From Gemmatimonadales bacterium (GTDB lineage: Bacteria; Gemmatimonadota; Gemmatimonadetes; Gemmatimonadales; GWC2-71-9): a DNA stretch of 64,000 nt. Made by a program: the position numbers and the translations under genes. The DNA lies in NCBI GenBank assembly GCA_050733075.1, contig JBOHSD010000002.1, positions 109,553-173,552 of the forward strand, read 5' to 3'. The notes beneath the pieces are model-generated. The model did not search any database, was not told the origin of the DNA, and saw nothing but the letters and a program-made list of their open reading frames with translations. Shown in pieces: positions 31,588 to 41,209 of the stretch (positions are counted from its first letter, which is position 1; every line of letters begins with the position of its first letter).

Positions 31588-32504
31588 GTAAGCGCCTCGG
31601 CCAGAGACACGTGGGTCAGATCCTGGAAGGCGCGCACCCGTGCCTCGACCGCAGCAAGGGTGACATGATCGAAGCCCCGAATGCCGAACTGTTCCACCGC
31701 GTACGAGCCCATGGCCGCACCATAGACCATCGCTCGCCGAATGTTCTCCTCGGTGACCGAGCGGGTGCGCGCCAGGTACGCCATGAACCCGCCGGCAAAC
31801 GCGTCTCCCGCTCCGGTGGGGTCGAAGACCGTCTCCAGCGGAAACGCAGGCACGTAGAAGGTGCGTTTCGGCTCGATGAGCAGCGCCCCGTGCTCCCCCT
31901 GCTTGATGACCACGCGCTTGGGGCCGTGCGCCAGAATCCAGCGGCCGGCCCGGTGAATGTTCCAGTCGCCACTCAACTCCCGGGCCTCGCTGTCGTTCAC
32001 CATCAGCACGTCCACCCGGGGCAACAGCTGGAGCAGTGACGCCTTCTTGCTCTGAATCCAGTAGTTCATCGTGTCGCAGACCACGAGCTCGGGACGATGA
32101 ACTTGGTCGAGCACCCCTAGCTGCAAATCGGGATCGATGTTCCCCAGGAACAGGAAATGCGCGGAGCGAAATGCGTCCGGCAGCTTGGGCTGAAAGTCGG
32201 CGAAGACGCCGAGCCGGGTCTCCAGGGTTTCCCGGCTCTGCAGGTCGTAGGAATATTTTCCCTTCCAGCGGAAGCTCTCCCCTTCGGTCCGCTCGACGCC
32301 GGACCAGTCGATGCCCCGGGCTGTCAGCCGCTCCAGCTCGGAGTGAGGGTAGTCGTGCCCTACGACCCCCACTACCTGCACCGGATAGAGGATCGATCCC
32401 GCTACGCTGAAATAGACGGCCGACCCGCCCAGGGCATCGGCGGTCTCGCCGAAGGGCGTGAAGATGGAGTCGAGCGCGATACTGCCGACCACGAGCAGGC
32501 TCAT
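31584..32504 (-). CDS. PfkB-family carbohydrate/nucleoside kinase
   Basis: LLVVGSIALD... at the N-terminus and DPTGAGDAFAGGF near the C-terminus (PfkB signature 2). Start trimmed to the ATG at 32504. Confidence 0.8.
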   Translation of the reverse strand: MSLLVVGSIALDSIFTPFGETADALGGSAVYFSVAGSILYPVQVVGVVGHDYPHSELERLTARGIDWSGVERTEGESFRWKGKYSYDLQSRETLETRLGVFADFQPKLPDAFRSAHFLFLGNIDPDLQLGVLDQVHRPELVVCDTMNYWIQSKKASLLQLLPRVDVLMVNDSEARELSGDWNIHRAGRWILAHGPKRVVIKQGEHGALLIEPKRTFYVPAFPLETVFDPTGAGDAFAGGFMAYLARTRSVTEENIRRAMVYGAAMGSYAVEQFGIRGFDHVTLAAVEARVRAFQDLTHVSLAEALT

Positions 32505-32508
32505 CAGG

Positions 32509-34146
32509 TCACATCCGGTCAGGGGCGGAAACGCCGAGCAGGCCGAGGGCATTGGCCAGCACTATGCGAGCGCCGCGGGCGAGCAGGAGGCGGGAGCGCT
32601 CGGTGGCCTCTCCCTCGGGGGCGCCTACGGCGCGGGTATGGTGATACCAGGCGTGGACGATCGCCGCCAGCTCGTGGAGGTAGGTGGTGATGCGGTGGGG
32701 CTCCCGCTCGCGCGCCGCGCCTTCGGCTACTTCAGGGAATGCCGCCAACTTCTTGAGGAGCTCGGTATCCTGGGGCGCGGGGAGGGCAGCCAGGTCCAGG
32801 TCGCCGGTGACCGAGTCGGGGTCTCGCCCGGCGGTGCGAAAGATCCCGCTCAGCCGAGCGTGGGCCATCTGCACATAGAACACCGGGTTCTCGTCGGTCT
32901 GCTTGCGGGCGAGGTCCACGTCGAAAACCAGCTGCGACTCTCCCCGGCGCATCAGAAAGTAGTAGCGGACCGCGTCCCGCCCCACCTCGTCGATCAGCTC
33001 CCGGACGGTGACGTAGCTGCCCGCCCGCTTGGAGATCTTGAGCTCCTCTCCACCCCTGGTCACGGTCACCATCTGGTGCAGCACGTACTCGGGATAATCG
33101 GCAGGCACCCCGAGCCCGAGCGCCTGGAGTCCGGCGCGCACCCGGGTGATGGTGCTGTGGTGATCCGCGCCCTGCACGTTGATGGCCCGGCGGAAGCCTC
33201 GCTCCCACTTGGTGACGTGGTACGCCACATCCGGAACGAAGTAGGTGTAGGTCCCGTCGGATTTTCGCATGACCCGGTCTTTGTCGTCGCCATAAGCTGT
33301 GGTCCGGAGCCACAGCGCCCCCTCGTCCTGGTAAGTCTGACCTCGGGCGCTGAGCGCTCCCACCACCGAATCCACTTTACCCTGCTCGTAGAGCGATGAC
33401 TCCAGATAGTAGACGTCGAAGACGACGCCCAGGGCCTTGAGGTCGAGATCCTGCTCGCGCCTCAGCTCGCGGACCGCTACCCGGCGCACCTCTTCGAGCT
33501 GTTCCGCTCGGCGATCGTGCGGGTTCTCCCGCAGGTACGCGGCGGCGATGTCCTTGATGTACTCGCCATGGTAGCCTCCCTCCGGAATGGCGAGAGGCTC
33601 GCCGGCAGCCTCACGTACTCGCGCCTGCACGCTGAGCGCGAGGTTTGCTATCTGGACGCCGGCGTCGTTGTAGTAGAACTCGCGGGTGACGGCGTGGCCG
33701 GTCCACTCGAGCAGTGCGGCAAGCGCGTCGCCAAGCGCGGCCTGGCGGCCGTGGCCGACGTGCAGTGGCCCGGTGGGATTGGCCGAGACGAACTCGACGT
33801 TGACTCGGGTACCAGCCCCGAAGGTGCTCCGGCCGTACCTTGAGCCCTGGGAGATGATGTGACGGTGGACCGAGACGAGCTGGTCCTCGGCGAGCCAGAA
33901 GTTGATGAACCCGGGGCCGGCTATCTCGGCCTTGGCCACCAGCTCGGGCGAGAGACGGAGCTCACCCAGGATTCGTTCGGCGGTCTTACGAGGGTTGGCC
34001 CGCTCGCGCCGCGCGAGCACCATGGCAAGGTTGGTGGCCAGATCGCCGTGGCCCGGGTCGCGGGGACGCTCCAGGACAAACTCGATTGCATCGGCCCCGA
34101 GCTGTGCAGCCACCCGCGACAGCTCCGCGCGGAGGGCATCGCTCAC
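32509..34146 (-). CDS. argS: Arginine--tRNA ligase
   Basis: Class I motifs [14 protein letters not shown] (HIGH region) and ISKRAGS (KMSK-like), plus a C-terminal anticodon-binding domain. Confidence 0.95.
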   Translation of the reverse strand: MSDALRAELSRVAAQLGADAIEFVLERPRDPGHGDLATNLAMVLARRERANPRKTAERILGELRLSPELVAKAEIAGPGFINFWLAEDQLVSVHRHIISQGSRYGRSTFGAGTRVNVEFVSANPTGPLHVGHGRQAALGDALAALLEWTGHAVTREFYYNDAGVQIANLALSVQARVREAAGEPLAIPEGGYHGEYIKDIAAAYLRENPHDRRAEQLEEVRRVAVRELRREQDLDLKALGVVFDVYYLESSLYEQGKVDSVVGALSARGQTYQDEGALWLRTTAYGDDKDRVMRKSDGTYTYFVPDVAYHVTKWERGFRRAINVQGADHHSTITRVRAGLQALGLGVPADYPEYVLHQMVTVTRGGEELKISKRAGSYVTVRELIDEVGRDAVRYYFLMRRGESQLVFDVDLARKQTDENPVFYVQMAHARLSGIFRTAGRDPDSVTGDLDLAALPAPQDTELLKKLAAFPEVAEGAAREREPHRITTYLHELAAIVHAWYHHTRAVGAPEGEATERSRLLLARGARIVLANALGLLGVSAPDRM

Positions 34147-34484
34147 TCTGAGGCGGCCTTCCCCTTCGGGGCGGCCTTGGCAGGTCCCGCATCGGGCTTC
34201 TTCGGTGCGTCGCCGGCAGGCTGCTTCGCTTCGGTCCTGTCCGTCCTGTCCGTCCTCTCCGACTTCTCCGCCTTCTCGAGGCCCTCTTTCCGGGGTCCTT
34301 TGCCGTCCTTACCGTAGTCGGTGATGTAGAAGCCGCTGCCCTTGAACACCAGCCCCGCCCCCCCTGAGATCTTGCGGGTGGCCGGCTTGCCGCAGACCGG
34401 ACACCTGGCCCGGGGCCTGCCGGACATCTTCTGGAATTTTTCGGAGACATGCCCGTCAGGGCATTGGTATTCGTATGTCGGCAT
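34143..34484 (-). CDS. FmdB-family zinc-ribbon protein (CxxC...CxxC) with low-complexity basic tail
   Basis: [12 protein letters not shown]....RCPVCG...[18 protein letters not shown], the canonical FmdB family N-terminus. Confidence 0.8.
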   Translation of the reverse strand: MPTYEYQCPDGHVSEKFQKMSGRPRARCPVCGKPATRKISGGAGLVFKGSGFYITDYGKDGKGPRKEGLEKAEKSERTDRTDRTEAKQPAGDAPKKPDAGPAKAAPKGKAASE

Positions 34485-34519
34485 CGTCGTCCGTCAGAGG
34501 TAAACGAAAACAGATATTT

Positions 34520-34548
34520 AACTTACCGAGTGCTGCCGGAGGGTACAA
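34520..34548 (-). promoter_or_regulatory. Possible sigma70-type promoter (TTGTAC-N17-TAAGTT) in an AT-richer gap
   Basis: Minus-strand hexamers at 34548-34543 and 34525-34520 with a 17-nt spacer, about 35 nt upstream of the FmdB-family ATG. One of the few gaps over 100 nt in the co-directional array. Confidence 0.3.
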
Positions 34549-34610
34549 GCAGTCTGGCTGCTGCCTCGTGACAATCTCAAACCGACCTATTCACGCCTTG
34601 CTGATCGCGA

Positions 34611-36146
34611 TCACGCAGGCCGGTACACACCCCACACATCACGGAGCGTGTCGCTGATCTCACCCAGCGTGGCGCGAGCGCGTACCGCGCCAATGATGGG
34701 AGGCATGAGAGGAGAGGCTCCCCCTGCTGCCTCGCGAACCGCCTCGAGCCCGGCCGCCACGGCCCCGGCATCCCGGCGGCGCTTGACCTCTGCCAGCCGG
34801 GCGCGCTGATCCGACTCCAGTGCCGAGAAATCGGGCGCCTCGATCGTGACCGGCGGCGACTCATCGGTGAAGCGATTGACCCCCACTATCACCCGCTCAC
34901 CCGACTCCTGGGCCATCTGCAGGGCATAGGCGCTCTGGGCGATCGCCTCCTGAAAGAACCCCTGCTCGATCGCCCGAGCCGCCCCGCCGAGGGCGTCCAC
35001 CTCTGACACCAGCTTGCGTGCCTCGGTCTCGATCTGGTCGGTGAGCGACTCGACGTAGTAGCTCCCGCCGAGGGGGTCGGCCACCTCCGCCACCCCGGAC
35101 TCGAGCGCCAGCACCTGCTGGGTCCTGAGAGCCAGCGTGGCGGACTCCGCGGTGGGAAGCGCCAGGGCCTCATCGTACCCGTTGGTGTGGAGCGACTGGG
35201 TGCCGCCCAGCACCGCCGCGAGCGCCTGCACGGCCACCCGCACGACGTTGTTGAGCGGCTGCTGAGCCTGCAGCGTAACCCCGCCCGTCTGGGTGTGAAA
35301 CCTCATCCGGGCGGTCGCGTCGCCGGCGCCGAACCGCTCCCGTACCAGCCGGGCCCACAGCCTGCGGGCAGCGCGGAACTTTGCCGCCTCCTCGAAGAGG
35401 TTATTGTGGCTGGCAAAGAAGAAAGAAAGCCGGGGGCCGAAGCTGTCCACGGGAAGCCCCGCCTCCAGGGCAACTCGGACGTACTCCAGAGCGTTGGCCA
35501 AGGTGAACGCCACCTCCTGCACCGGGGTGGCACCGGCCTCGCGCATGTGGTAGCCACTGATGGATATGGGGTTGAAGCTCATCTTCTCGTGCACCACAAA
35601 CCGGAAGATGTCCGCCACCAGCCGGAGCGAGGGACCCGCCGGATAGATGTACGTGCCGCGGGCGATATACTCCTTGAGCACGTCGTTCTGCACCGTCCCG
35701 GTAAGCTTGCCGCGCGGAACACCCTGCTCTTCCCCGACCACGATGTACATGGCGAGCAGAATCGCTGCGGTGGCATTGATGGTCATCGAAGTGGAGACCT
35801 GGTCCAGCGGGATTTCCCGAAAGAGCGCCTCGAGATCCTCCACCGTATCGATGGCGACGCCCACCCGCCCCACCTCTCCCTGTGCCATGGGGTGATCGGA
35901 GTCGTAGCCCATCTGAGTAGGCAGATCGAACGCGGTCGAGAGGCCCATCTGGCCGGCGGCTAGCAGCCGGCGGAAACGGCGGTTGGTCTCCTGAGGTGTG
36001 CCGAACCCGGCGTACTGGCGCATGGTCCAGAGCCGGCCGGTGTACATGTTGGGATAGGGCCCGCGGGTGAAGGGAAACTCGCCCGGATTTCCCAGATCGC
36101 GGGCTGGATCGCCGGTCCAGTCGTCGGGTCCGAAGACCGTCTTCAC
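34611..36146 (-). CDS. Methylmalonyl-CoA mutase family, catalytic (large) subunit without a B12-binding domain
   Basis: [25 protein letters not shown]...TNRRF..LL..GQ.GLS.AFDLPTQ.GYDSD, the conserved acyl-CoA mutase barrel. At 511 aa it ends before the usual C-terminal cobalamin-binding domain. Confidence 0.88.
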   Translation of the reverse strand: MKTVFGPDDWTGDPARDLGNPGEFPFTRGPYPNMYTGRLWTMRQYAGFGTPQETNRRFRRLLAAGQMGLSTAFDLPTQMGYDSDHPMAQGEVGRVGVAIDTVEDLEALFREIPLDQVSTSMTINATAAILLAMYIVVGEEQGVPRGKLTGTVQNDVLKEYIARGTYIYPAGPSLRLVADIFRFVVHEKMSFNPISISGYHMREAGATPVQEVAFTLANALEYVRVALEAGLPVDSFGPRLSFFFASHNNLFEEAAKFRAARRLWARLVRERFGAGDATARMRFHTQTGGVTLQAQQPLNNVVRVAVQALAAVLGGTQSLHTNGYDEALALPTAESATLALRTQQVLALESGVAEVADPLGGSYYVESLTDQIETEARKLVSEVDALGGAARAIEQGFFQEAIAQSAYALQMAQESGERVIVGVNRFTDESPPVTIEAPDFSALESDQRARLAEVKRRRDAGAVAAGLEAVREAAGGASPLMPPIIGAVRARATLGEISDTLRDVWGVYRPA

Positions 36147-37195
36147 AGGGCCGGTTGGGAGACCGGCCCGCTAGCGCGATCCGCCACCCGCCTTAACGTA
36201 TCGGCGACGAAGCCCACGTCTTCACGCGAGCCGATCACCAGGGGCGTGCGCTGATGCAGGCTCTCGGGCACGATATCGAGTATGCGGTTGACCCCATCCG
36301 TGGCGGAGCCTTCGGCCTGCTCCGCGATGAACGCCATGGGGCTGGCTTCGTAGAGCAGCCGCAGCTTCCCGCGCGGGTTCCTGGTGTCCGCCGGATAAAG
36401 GAAGATGCCGCCGGCTATCAGATTACGGTGAAAGTCGCCGACCAGTGAACCGATATAGCGGCTGTTCTTCGGCTCTACGCCGTCAGGAATGTCCCCCTTG
36501 AGTCCCCGCACCGCCATCTGCATCCCCTTGTCCCATCGCCCGAAGTTGCTCTCGTTGACGCTGTAATACTTCCCGACTCGGGGCGTGATAATCCGCGGGT
36601 GCGACAGCAGGAACTCGCCGATGGTGGGATCCAGAGTGAAGCCGTGGGCACCTTGCCCGGTGGTGTACACCAGCATAGTGCTGGAGCCGTACATCACATA
36701 TCCGGCAGCCACCTGCTTGCACCCGGGCTGGAGAACGTCGCCGGCGGTGCCGCGGCCGTGGATGCTGATCCGCCGATAAATGCTGAAGATGGTGCCGACG
36801 GCGGAGTTGACGTCGATATTGGAGGAGCCGTCCAGCGGGTCGAAGAGAACAGCGTACTTGCCCGCTGAGTATTCGGGAGGGACCGGGATGATATCCTTGT
36901 CTTCCTCCGATCCCATGGCGCAGACCCGGCCCGTGTGCTTGAGACAGTTCTTGAGGGTCTCGTTGGCAAACGCGTCCAGCTTCTGCTGCTCCTCTCCCTG
37001 AACGTTCTGTATCCCGGAGCCGCCGAGAATGTCCACCAGGCCTGCCCGGCGGATCGCGGCGGCGATGATCTTGGAGCCCAGCGCAATGTCATAGAGAAGA
37101 TTCGAGAGCTCTCCCGTGGCTTCGGGATAGCGGTCTTCCTGATCCAGGATGAAGCGCTCGATGGTGGTGACTGAGGTCAGCAAGAATCCCTCCAA
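36143..37195 (-). CDS. fbp: Fructose-1,6-bisphosphatase class 1
   Basis: ATGELSNLL...AGLVDILG and the GSSNIDVN / [10 protein letters not shown] metal-binding block. Start is TTG at 37195 (alternative TTG at 37183). Confidence 0.9.
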   Translation of the reverse strand: MEGFLLTSVTTIERFILDQEDRYPEATGELSNLLYDIALGSKIIAAAIRRAGLVDILGGSGIQNVQGEEQQKLDAFANETLKNCLKHTGRVCAMGSEEDKDIIPVPPEYSAGKYAVLFDPLDGSSNIDVNSAVGTIFSIYRRISIHGRGTAGDVLQPGCKQVAAGYVMYGSSTMLVYTTGQGAHGFTLDPTIGEFLLSHPRIITPRVGKYYSVNESNFGRWDKGMQMAVRGLKGDIPDGVEPKNSRYIGSLVGDFHRNLIAGGIFLYPADTRNPRGKLRLLYEASPMAFIAEQAEGSATDGVNRILDIVPESLHQRTPLVIGSREDVGFVADTLRRVADRASGPVSQPAL

Positions 37196-37202
37196 ACCAA
37201 AC

Positions 37203-37276
37203 CGTGGACGGTGAACAGCGAACAGTAAACGGGGTGAACAGTAGGACCCGTTTACCGTTCACCGTTTACTGTTTAC
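37203..37276. repeat. Heptad-array palindromic element, copy B
   Basis: CGTGGAC GGTGAAC AGCGAAC AGTAAAC GGGGTGAAC on the left faces CCCGTTTAC CGTTCAC CGTTTAC TGTTTAC on the right. Flanked by CTTTTC on the + side and GGTTTGGTTTGG on the - side. Confidence 0.75.
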
Positions 37277-37283
37277 GTCTTTT

Positions 37284-39533
37284 CTACCGGACGTCGTGCG
37301 TCATCGAGCGGCGCCTGGATTCCACGGTCATATGCCGGCCATCGGTGGTGACGGTTACCGTACCCTCCCGATCGGTACGCCATACCTCTACCCTGCGTGC
37401 CAGCAGCCGGCCCAGGGTTTCCGCCGAGGGATGTCCGTACCGGTTCCGGCCTACCGAGATGACGGCGGCTCGCGGGCGCAGGGAATCGAGCCATTCGCCG
37501 CCGGTGCTACCCCGGCTTCCATGATGACCCACCTTCAAGAGATCCACCGCCGATGCCCGGCTCCGCAACTCCGCCTCGGCGGGAAATCCGGCATCGCCGG
37601 CAAAGATCGCCTGAAACCCGAGGTACTCTATGAGAAGCACGAGAGAATCCTCGTTCACGTCCTCGCCCCAGCCATGCCAGGCGGAATCGGGATGGAGGAC
37701 GCTGAAGGTGACTCCATCGAGGGCGATCCGCTCGCCGCGGCGGCCTGGGTGCCAGCGGGTGGCTTCCGCAGCCAGCTCATTCAGAAAACCGTAGTACAGT
37801 GGGTCGGCCACCAGCGCGCCGGGCTCTACCACCAGGGAAATCGGAAACCGGTCCAGCACGGCGGGAACTCCGCCCAGATGATCGGCGTGGGCGTGCGACA
37901 CGATCACCAGTGCCAGCTCCCGAACGCCGTGCCGTGCCAGGAACGGAACTACCACTCTTCGGCCGGCATCGCTGTGCTCGGTTCGGGGCCCCGCGTCGAT
38001 CAGCACCCAGCTTCCGGCAGGTGTCCGGAGAATCGCGCCATCCCCCTGCCCTACATCGAGAAAATGTAACGCCAGTCCTGAACCGGTGTTAGAAGAGACT
38101 GGAGCCCAGGTCCAGAGTAGAGCGGCCCAGAGCCCAGCCACGCCCACCCACGCCCATCGCCTCAGGGCTTCCGCCAGAGTGTTCCTTTTTCCGATGCACC
38201 ACAGACTGAGCGCCAAGCCAAACGTCCAGGGAAGCGCGGTCCGGAGCTCGGCGCTGGCCACCGTGTGCCCATAAGGCACTGCGGCGCCGGCGGTGGCTAG
38301 AAGCTCGAGGAGATGAAGCGCGAAGCCGGCGCCCCCAGCCAGTGCCTCGGCTGCCGGGGGCCAGAAAGGAAAGAGCAGAAGACTCGAAAGCACGCCCGGC
38401 ACGGCCACCGCGGCGAGGGGGATGGCGAGAAAGTTGAGCGCTATGCCCACGACAGCCACGGTGCCGAGCACCCCCGCCGTAATGGGAGCGGTGGCGAGAG
38501 TGGCTCCCACGGACGAACCTAGGGTTCGCCACCAGGCTGTGGCACCGAGGGTTAGGTCGGTCCATCGGCTGAAGGTGCTGGCACCCCAAAGCGCCGCCGC
38601 GGAGAGCCAGGCTCCCAGGTCCACTATGGCCCAGGGGTCGACCAGCAGGACACAGAGGCAGGTCGCCGAGAGGAGAGCATTGGCCTGCACCCGGCGCTGG
38701 CGGATCCGACTCATAGCCACCAGCACCGCGAGTGCCGCTGCCCGGGTGGCCGGCGCCGGCCATCCCAAAAAGGCTACGTAAGCGACGCTCACTCCTGCTG
38801 CCAAGCCCAGAGCGGGGCCTCGCCGGAGCCAGAGGAGCCGGGAGAGGAGAAAGATCCACGCCGTAATGACTCCCACGTGGAATCCCGATATCGAAAGCAG
38901 GTGCACCAGGCCGGATTGCGCGAAACGATCCTGAAGGTTCCGGTCGAGACCACTGCGCCTACCCAGAATGAGCGCGTCCACCATTGGCGCTCTAGTGCCG
39001 TACAGGTGGCGGCTGACCCGGGTCACGCCGGTGCGGATCCGGTAGGAGAAGGCCGGCCGACCGGAGACATTTCCCACCTCTGCGGCAATCAGAGTGCCCG
39101 AGGCTCGGCCAATGACCCCCGGCCGCGGAATCCATCTGCCGGTCACCTCGGCGACGAGCCCGGCTGCCAGAGACTCACCCGCCGGCCACCGGGCGGTGAC
39201 CGGTCCACTACAACCCACCCCGATGGGCTGGACCGGGAGGCGCCCGCCGGCTGAATCGGTCGGCTCGAGCAGGCGAACGGACAGGCGGAGCCGGTTCTCC
39301 GGCAGCCGTGCGGCGCACCGATTGGCCTCGGCGAGCCACGCCAGCTCACCGCTCAGCCTTCCCAGGAGGCCCGCGGCCGCCAGCAGAGCGACGAGCGGTA
39401 CCCGCCTCATGAGGGCCGTGCCTAGTGTTACCGCGGCTACGCCGAACAGACCCCCAAAATGCAAAAGGCCGGTCGCTAGACCGGCCCCGTACGCTGCCGT
39501 GAACAGGATGGCAGGCCGCCATCTCACTGCCAC
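37284..39533 (-). CDS. comEC: DNA internalisation-related competence protein ComEC/Rec2
   Basis: 749 aa with a polytopic competence domain and a C-terminal metallo-beta-lactamase domain (VIVSHAHADHLGG). Confidence 0.85.
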   Translation of the reverse strand: MAVRWRPAILFTAAYGAGLATGLLHFGGLFGVAAVTLGTALMRRVPLVALLAAAGLLGRLSGELAWLAEANRCAARLPENRLRLSVRLLEPTDSAGGRLPVQPIGVGCSGPVTARWPAGESLAAGLVAEVTGRWIPRPGVIGRASGTLIAAEVGNVSGRPAFSYRIRTGVTRVSRHLYGTRAPMVDALILGRRSGLDRNLQDRFAQSGLVHLLSISGFHVGVITAWIFLLSRLLWLRRGPALGLAAGVSVAYVAFLGWPAPATRAAALAVLVAMSRIRQRRVQANALLSATCLCVLLVDPWAIVDLGAWLSAAALWGASTFSRWTDLTLGATAWWRTLGSSVGATLATAPITAGVLGTVAVVGIALNFLAIPLAAVAVPGVLSSLLLFPFWPPAAEALAGGAGFALHLLELLATAGAAVPYGHTVASAELRTALPWTFGLALSLWCIGKRNTLAEALRRWAWVGVAGLWAALLWTWAPVSSNTGSGLALHFLDVGQGDGAILRTPAGSWVLIDAGPRTEHSDAGRRVVVPFLARHGVRELALVIVSHAHADHLGGVPAVLDRFPISLVVEPGALVADPLYYGFLNELAAEATRWHPGRRGERIALDGVTFSVLHPDSAWHGWGEDVNEDSLVLLIEYLGFQAIFAGDAGFPAEAELRSRASAVDLLKVGHHGSRGSTGGEWLDSLRPRAAVISVGRNRYGHPSAETLGRLLARRVEVWRTDREGTVTVTTDGRHMTVESRRRSMTHDVR

Positions 39534-39540
39534 CCCGATC

Positions 39541-39828
39541 TCAGCCGGCGGGTGCGCCTCCGCGGTTGCGACAGCGCGGCGCGACGGAGATCTTGCGCAG
39601 CGCCTCCATGACTACCACCTCGATGGCCGCACGGCTCTGCTCCTTTTCCAGACTGACTTCGGTCACCACCGCACCCTCGCGCCTCGACACGTAACGCGGA
39701 GGAATCCGGTTGAGAGCAAATGTCAGCACGTCGTCGCGACAGAGCTCGCAGCCACAGTAAGCCGGAAAATGAGGCCGAAGGGTGTCGTAAGCCGCCGCGA
39801 CATGCTCCTCGACCAGGTTTTTGATCAC
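39541..39828 (-). CDS. comFB: ComFB-family (late competence development) protein
   Basis: 95 aa. NLVEE.V...Y......CGCELCRDDVLTFALNRIPPRY matches the ComFB Cys cluster and ALN.LPP.Y pattern. Confidence 0.7.
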   Translation of the reverse strand: MIKNLVEEHVAAAYDTLRPHFPAYCGCELCRDDVLTFALNRIPPRYVSRREGAVVTEVSLEKEQSRAAIEVVVMEALRKISVAPRCRNRGGAPAG

Positions 39829-41162
39829 AGGACCGCCAGCGCAGAGCGGGCCTTGAGCACCACCGAGGGCCCGACCACCGATCCCGTGAAAGTCGAGCCG
39901 GTGGTGCCCGTAAGACAGACGGTGTGATACTCACCCACGGCAGACGGCGGCAGATCGAGAAGCACCAGATGGTTGGTGCGGGTGCGCGCCAGCATGAGGT
40001 TGCCCCGCCGCGCAGGCCTTTCGACCAGGACTTCGTGAGTCTCACCGATGCGGGCGATGTTCTTCCGCCGAACGTTGGCGCGCACCACCTCGATGAGCCG
40101 CTGGAGCCGGGCCGAGGCATGCTCGTCGGCGATGTGATCTTTGAGCCTGACCGCCGGGGTTCCGTCACGCACCGAGTACTTGAAGGTATAGGCGTCGTCG
40201 AAATCGGCATCGGCGATGAGACTGAGCGTGGCCTCGAACTGTTCGTCGGTCTCGCCGGGAAACCCGACAATGACATCGGTCGAGAACGTGATACCGGGAA
40301 CGGCCCGCCGCAGCTCGGCCATGACCTCCAGATAGCGCTCGCGGGTGTAACGCCGCAGCATTCGCCTGAGCACCGCATTGGAGCCGCTCTGAACCGGCAG
40401 GTGCACGTGCTCGCAGACAGCCGGGGTGGCAGCGAAGGCCTCGATGACCGCGGGAGTGAAGTCGGTCGGGTAGGGGCTGGTGAACCGGATTCTCCGGAGT
40501 CCGTCTACCCGGCCCAGCGCCCGCAGCAGATCGGCAAAATCGTGCTTGCCATCGTTATAGCTGTTGACGGTCTGCCCCAGCAGCGTGACTTCAGTAGTAC
40601 CCCGTTCCATCAATCCGGTCACTTCCCGAACTACGTCTACCAGCTGGCGGCTTCGCTCGGGGCCCCGCGTCTGGGGGACGATGCAAAAGGTGCATCGGTA
40701 GTCGCACCCACGCTGTACCGTGACGAATGCAGTCGGTCCATTTTCCCGCGTCGCGGGCACGTCTTCGTAATGTTCCCAGGAGCGGAACTCCGTGTCGCTC
40801 ACGCGCTGGCCGCCCTGAGCGAGACTGATCAGCTCGGGCAGGTTGCGATAAGCGTCAGGCCCCACCACGAGATCGACCCGCGGTGCCTGGGCGAGAAGCG
40901 CGGGACCCAGCCGCTGGGCCATGCACCCCACCACGCCGAGCACGCCGTCTGCGCGCTTATAACGCTGGAGCTCGCCTACCCGACCGATCACCCGCTGCTC
41001 AGCGTTGTCCCGCACGGCGCAGGTGTTGACGAGCACGACGTCGGCATCCTCCGGTAGGTCGGCGCGCGCATAGCCATCGCGGCCCAGGACCCCGAACATC
41101 AGCTCGGAGTCGGCCACATTCATCTGGCAGCCGTAGGTCTCGATGTAGACGCGTTTCTGCAT
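39825..41162 (-). CDS. miaB: tRNA-2-methylthio-N6-dimethylallyladenosine synthase MiaB
   Basis: MQKRVYIETYGCQMN N-terminus, radical-SAM CDYRCTFC motif and a TRAM domain. Start at ATG 41162 (alternative ATG at 41168). Confidence 0.93.
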   Translation of the reverse strand: MQKRVYIETYGCQMNVADSELMFGVLGRDGYARADLPEDADVVLVNTCAVRDNAEQRVIGRVGELQRYKRADGVLGVVGCMAQRLGPALLAQAPRVDLVVGPDAYRNLPELISLAQGGQRVSDTEFRSWEHYEDVPATRENGPTAFVTVQRGCDYRCTFCIVPQTRGPERSRQLVDVVREVTGLMERGTTEVTLLGQTVNSYNDGKHDFADLLRALGRVDGLRRIRFTSPYPTDFTPAVIEAFAATPAVCEHVHLPVQSGSNAVLRRMLRRYTRERYLEVMAELRRAVPGITFSTDVIVGFPGETDEQFEATLSLIADADFDDAYTFKYSVRDGTPAVRLKDHIADEHASARLQRLIEVVRANVRRKNIARIGETHEVLVERPARRGNLMLARTRTNHLVLLDLPPSAVGEYHTVCLTGTTGSTFTGSVVGPSVVLKARSALAVL

Positions 41163-41168
41163 GGGCAT

Positions 41169-41174
41169 ATTATA
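41169..41174 (-). promoter_or_regulatory. Perfect TATAAT hexamer placed for a leaderless miaB transcript
   Basis: The minus strand reads GGGCTATAATATGCCCATGCAG. The second ATG (41162) lies 7 nt after the last T of TATAAT. No convincing -35 element. Confidence 0.3.
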
Positions 41175-41209
41175 GCCCGATGGGCGGACGGGCGGGCGGG
41201 CCGGCGGAC

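Noticed and set aside
34234-34257. Short tandem repeat GTCCTGTCC GTCCTGTCC GTCCTC inside the FmdB-family gene. A GAAGGCGGAGAAG string is shared with 15749-15775.
   Set aside because: It encodes the low-complexity TDRTDRT / EKAEK tail of the protein and a signal-peptide SAFSAF repeat respectively. Simple codon-level repetition seems more likely than a dispersed element.
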